Shown here: positions 60,074 to 64,000 of the stretch, in pieces
Layout of the letters: every line of letters begins with the position of its first letter
How positions within the stretch are numbered: position 1 is the first letter of the stretch
Assembly (NCBI GenBank): GCA_963724295.1
Contig: CAVRUC010000002.1
Location: forward strand, 224,001 to 288,000
Reading direction: 5' to 3'
Source of the DNA: an uncultured Chloroflexia bacterium
Lineage (GTDB): Bacteria; Chloroflexota; Chloroflexia; Thermomicrobiales; UBA6265
Length of the DNA stretch: 64,000 nucleotides
Made by a program: the position numbers and the translations under genes
Notes under the pieces: model-generated
The model's input: the letters and a program-made list of their open reading frames with translations, nothing else
The model's database searches: none
Told to the model about the DNA's origin: nothing

Positions 60074-62410
60074 GTGGCAATCGACCAACCCGCGAAGCCG
60101 GTCAGCACATTACCAATCCCCCTCACGCGACTCGTCGGACGTGAGCGGGAGGTGGCGTTGATTTGCGATCTGCTGCAACAGGATGATCTTCGGCTGATCA
60201 CGTTGACCGGCCCCGGTGGCGTCGGCAAGACCCGCCTCGCCCAGCATGTCGCTGGCAGTGTGATGAACACCTACCCGGATGGCGTGTGGTACGTCGATCT
60301 GGCCCCGATCGCCGCGCCGGACCTCGTGGCGCCCGCGATCGCGCACGTCTTCGGCCTGCGCGACGCCGGGGACGAACCGATCATTGACCGACTGCACGCG
60401 TTCTTGCGTCCGAAGCAGCTGTTGCTGGTGCTGGACAATTTTGAACAGGTGGTCGAGGCGTCGCCGCTGGTCATTAGCGTGCTGAGCGGTTGCCCCCGCG
60501 TGACAGTCCTGGTCACGAGTCGGGTACGGCTGCGGGTCTCTGGCGAGCATGAACACGGGGTGCCGCCGCTCACGCTCGCAGACCCGGAGACATCAGCCAA
60601 GCGTGAAGCGGTGACACAATCTGAGGCAGTGCAGCTGTTCATCGCGCGAGCGCAAGCTGTGGATGGGAACTTTGACCTCACGCCCGAGAATGCTCAAGCG
60701 ATCGCTGAGATCTGCCGCCGGGTAGACGGCCTGCCCCTGGCTATCGAACTGGCCGCCGCCCGGATCAAGATTCTCCCGCCCACGGCACTCCTGGCGCGAC
60801 TGGATCAGCGGCTGCCGGTGCTGACTGGCGGCAACCGAGATCTGCCGGCGCGCCAGCAGACCATGCGCAATACGCTGGCCTGGTCCCATGATCTGCTCTC
60901 AGTGGACGATCAGGTCGTGTTTCGCCGGCTGTCTGTGTTCGTAGGTGGCTTCTCTTTGCAGGCTGCGCAAGCCGTGGTGACCGTCCCGGGCGACCGCTTC
61001 AGTGACGCGCTGGACGGTGTTGCCTCGCTCGTTGATACGAGCCTGCTGCGGCAAGACCACAGCCTCAGCGGCGAGCCGCGCTACCGCATGCTGGAGACGG
61101 CTCGCGAATTTGGACTGGAGCAGTTGGCCGCCAGCAAGGAGGAGGAAGCAATCCGCGAGTGGCATGCACGCTGGTACCTGGAGCTCGCAACGACGCTGGC
61201 GCCCCTCGTGCACCTGGCGGGTGAGCCTTCGCTCCTGGGACGCCTCTCGGCTGAACACGGCAATCTCCGCGCCGCGCTCAACTGGTTCGCGACGCAAGGT
61301 GATGCCGAGTCCCTTGCGTGGCTCACAGGGTCGCTCCATTGGTTCTGGCATATGGGCGGCCAGGGACGCGAGGGGTGCGCCTGGCTCGATAGAGCGCTCG
61401 ATTTGAGTGCGCGCGCGTCACCCAAGGCCAAGATGGGCGTTTTGGGCGGGGCGAGCAACCTCGCGGTGCAACAGGGCGACGACGTTCGGGCCACGGCACT
61501 CGGTGAGCAGCTCCTGGCGCTTGCGCGCGAACAGGGGGATCGCACGGCCGAAGCCGACGCGCAGTTCCTGCTTTCCCGCGCGGCCTGCATGCGGGGAGCT
61601 GGCGCTGAGGCAAGTGCATTCGCCTCGGAGGCGGTGATGCTCTGTCGGGCGTTGGAAGATACGCGTCGGCTGCCCTGGGCGCTTCAGCGCCTCGGCATCG
61701 AGGCATATGCCGAGGGCGAGGTTGCGCAATCGGCCGCGCTATTGGTGGAGGCGCTCGCAGGTTTCCGGGCAGTGGGAAACGTTCTCGGCACAGCATATGC
61801 CACGGGGATCCTCGGCATGGCCCGCCACGCTCTTGGTGACCGGGCTCAGGCGGCAGCACTCTACCGCGAAAGCTTGAACTTGCACCAAGACCTGGCCGAC
61901 CCATGGGAAACCGCGCATATCCTGGAGCAAGTGGCGTCACTCACGGCGGAAACGCGAGACGGTGCGCGGGTGGCCCGACTCCTCGGGGCGGCCGATGCGC
62001 TTTACACATTGACGTGGACTGCGCGCCTCCCGTTCGAACGCGATATCGCGGCTCGCGCCGAGGCCGCAGCCCATGCCTGGCTTGAACCGGAGGAGTACAG
62101 GCTGGCGTGGGAGGCGGGCCGGGAGTTGTCTTTTGCCCAGGCCATCGAAGAGGGGCTGGCAGCAGTCGCCACGATCGAGTCGCAGCTGGCTGCGAGCAGG
62201 TCAACCCGGGAGGCTGATGGTGGCCTGACACCGCGCGAGCGTGAAGTGCTGCGCCTCCTCGTCGCGGGCTGCTCCAATCAGGAGGTCGCCGAGGCGCTCT
62301 TCATTTCCCGCGCCACGGCTCGGACCCACGTGGCAAATATCTTGTCGAAACTTAATGTCAGTTCGCGCACCGCGGCGGCAGACATCGCCCATCGTCGCCA
62401 CCTGATCTGA
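60074..62410 (+). CDS. STAND ATPase-TPR-LuxR transcriptional regulator
   Basis: [39 protein letters not shown]...HVANILSKL; GTG 60074 inferred. Confidence 0.92.
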   Translation: MAIDQPAKPVSTLPIPLTRLVGREREVALICDLLQQDDLRLITLTGPGGVGKTRLAQHVAGSVMNTYPDGVWYVDLAPIAAPDLVAPAIAHVFGLRDAGDEPIIDRLHAFLRPKQLLLVLDNFEQVVEASPLVISVLSGCPRVTVLVTSRVRLRVSGEHEHGVPPLTLADPETSAKREAVTQSEAVQLFIARAQAVDGNFDLTPENAQAIAEICRRVDGLPLAIELAAARIKILPPTALLARLDQRLPVLTGGNRDLPARQQTMRNTLAWSHDLLSVDDQVVFRRLSVFVGGFSLQAAQAVVTVPGDRFSDALDGVASLVDTSLLRQDHSLSGEPRYRMLETAREFGLEQLAASKEEEAIREWHARWYLELATTLAPLVHLAGEPSLLGRLSAEHGNLRAALNWFATQGDAESLAWLTGSLHWFWHMGGQGREGCAWLDRALDLSARASPKAKMGVLGGASNLAVQQGDDVRATALGEQLLALAREQGDRTAEADAQFLLSRAACMRGAGAEASAFASEAVMLCRALEDTRRLPWALQRLGIEAYAEGEVAQSAALLVEALAGFRAVGNVLGTAYATGILGMARHALGDRAQAAALYRESLNLHQDLADPWETAHILEQVASLTAETRDGARVARLLGAADALYTLTWTARLPFERDIAARAEAAAHAWLEPEEYRLAWEAGRELSFAQAIEEGLAAVATIESQLAASRSTREADGGLTPREREVLRLLVAGCSNQEVAEALFISRATARTHVANILSKLNVSSRTAAADIAHRRHLI

Positions 62411-62425
62411 GCTCCCCGACAACGC

Positions 62426-62525
62426 CTACGTACGCCTACGTAGCGTGCGTAGGCCGGTTGGCGCGACGTGACCCCAAAAAATCGGCCGGCCGGCTGATGC
62501 CGCCGCAATCTCCCCGGCGCATGAT
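62426..62525 (+). promoter_or_regulatory. Putative LuxR-STAND target promoter
   Basis: CTACG/CGTAG boxes then AAAT-N13-GATG-N16-GGCG-CATGAT. Confidence 0.5.
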
Positions 62526-62613
62526 CACACCATGCTAACGGATGGATCGTCTGTTGGCTCGCCCACCGAGGGTGAACGATGGGGATCAGGCCGACGCCTG
62601 GAAGGAGCTCACG

Positions 62614-62847
62614 ATGCAGTCCCAACCAACTTCGTTGATCATGCTCGTAGAAGTTCGGCATGCCGAGTTACAGGCCGAAGCGGCACAAGAGCGACTCGCC
62701 AGACAAGTCCTCAACAACGGAGTCCCCACGACGAGCATCGTGGCCGGTGTGGGGCGTCGCTTTGGGATCGCGCTCGCCAGCACCGTCACCCTGCTCCACG
62801 ATGGACTCACGATCTTGCGGGCACGCCAGCGAACGACGGTAGCATGA
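62614..62847 (+). CDS. Small hypothetical protein
   Basis: AAGGAG RBS; RHAELQAEAAQERLAR helix. Confidence 0.65.
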   Translation: MQSQPTSLIMLVEVRHAELQAEAAQERLARQVLNNGVPTTSIVAGVGRRFGIALASTVTLLHDGLTILRARQRTTVA

Positions 62848-62938
62848 TTCCATGAACTGCCACCGCGTGTTTGCGCGGTGACGTGTCGTCTGAGACGATC
62901 GCCTCTTCGGGATCAAGAGCAGAGAAAGGCTCCGTGCC

Positions 62939-64000
62939 ATGGGCACTGATACTCCGACCGCGACGACGCTCATCCCGGAGAGCGCCGCGGTGCTGAACTC
63001 CCAGCCGGCGGCAGCCCCGGGCCGCATCCAGATCCTGCTCTGCCTGTCCGCATTTCTGGCCGCCCTGAACTTCTTTGCGCCGACCCCGTTCTATCCACAG
63101 ATGGCGCACGACCTGCAGACGACCGTTCCGCTCCTGGGTCAGGTCGTCACCCTGATGGCCCTGATCAGCGCTGGTCTGGGTCTGCTTGCCGGTCCGCTGG
63201 CCGATCGTTACGGATACCGCTGGCCGCTCGTCGTCGGTCTCCTGGCCATCGCCGTTGGCCTGGTCGGCACCGGTCTGGCCCCGATCTACCCGGTGCTGCT
63301 GGCGCTCGGCGTGGTGATGGGGCTCGGGGACGCGCTCGCCTACTCTCTCCCATTCGCCATCGCCACGACCCACTTCAGCGGCATGGCCCAGCGACGAGCG
63401 ATTGCCTGGACAATCGGAGCATTGAGCACTGCCCCGATCATCGGTGTTCCCCTGCTCGCCGCCGTCGGCGGGCTCACCAGCTGGCGCGTAGCCCTGGCCA
63501 CAGCTGGGGTCGCGGCTGCGGGGGTCGCCTGGTTCGTCGCGGCTGTCCTGCCTGCCGATCGGCTGCGTCCCGCGAATCGCCTTCGCGTCAGGGAGTTGCT
63601 GGCGGCCTACTCGCCACTGGTGCACCACCCGCCGAGTCTGCGCTTCCTCGCGGTGTCGGCCTTGCGCGGCATGTGGTGGGTGGGAATGCTGACCTACATG
63701 GGCGCGTTTCTGGGAACGGTCGTCGGATTCAGCCCGCAGCACGTCGGTCTGGTCTATGCCCTGGCCGGAGGCGCGTACACGGCCGGCAGCCTAATCGCGG
63801 GCAATTTCATGGGCGGGTTTTCGCCGCGGCTCGTAGTTGCCCTCTCGAGCGTGGTCGGCGGGGTGCTGGTTGCCCCGATGTTTCTGTTCCCGCTCCCCTG
63901 GGTCGTCCTCCCGCTGCTGCTCGCCGTCAGTGTCGCGGCCGCTATCTGCAGTGTCAGCGTTGTCGCGCTGCTCGCCGACGAGAGTCCGGCCGGCGCCGGG
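62939..64000 (+). CDS. MFS transporter (3' end outside window)
   Basis: Open frame from ATG 62939; GPLADRYGYR motif A; multiple TM segments. Confidence 0.9.
   Translation, partial: MGTDTPTATTLIPESAAVLNSQPAAAPGRIQILLCLSAFLAALNFFAPTPFYPQMAHDLQTTVPLLGQVVTLMALISAGLGLLAGPLADRYGYRWPLVVGLLAIAVGLVGTGLAPIYPVLLALGVVMGLGDALAYSLPFAIATTHFSGMAQRRAIAWTIGALSTAPIIGVPLLAAVGGLTSWRVALATAGVAAAGVAWFVAAVLPADRLRPANRLRVRELLAAYSPLVHHPPSLRFLAVSALRGMWWVGMLTYMGAFLGTVVGFSPQHVGLVYALAGGAYTAGSLIAGNFMGGFSPRLVVALSSVVGGVLVAPMFLFPLPWVVLPLLLAVSVAAAICSVSVVALLADESPAGAG

Overview
High-GC bacterial chromosome segment. Gene content and style (translin-family gene, STAND-ATPase LuxR/BTAD regulators, AQDATP-type secreted proteins, T-box-controlled leuS) point to Chloroflexota, probably Thermomicrobiales (inference). 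It carries two tandem CusA/CzcA-type RND genes, three STAND regulators, a two-component system, yitJ, argS, two type II toxin-antitoxin pairs, SRAP, the rpsF-ssb-rpsR operon, an MshC-like CysRS paralogue, otsB, galM, leuS, gcvPB and an exported copper-enzyme cluster (two multicopper oxidases, a tyrosinase, a bicupin). The most striking structure is a complete leucine T-box riboswitch upstream of leuS with an intact tRNA-Ala(GGC) gene in the loop of its Stem III, between the specifier domain and the antiterminator. Also notable: palindromic repeats inserted in-frame into gcvPB and other genes, shared promoter-like motifs around paralogous LuxR-STAND regulators, and LexA-like boxes. Several single-base frameshifts, one at the 5' end of argS, suggest residual sequencing indels. 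No CRISPR array, prophage, IS or rRNA seen. All calls are by eye; no searches were run.
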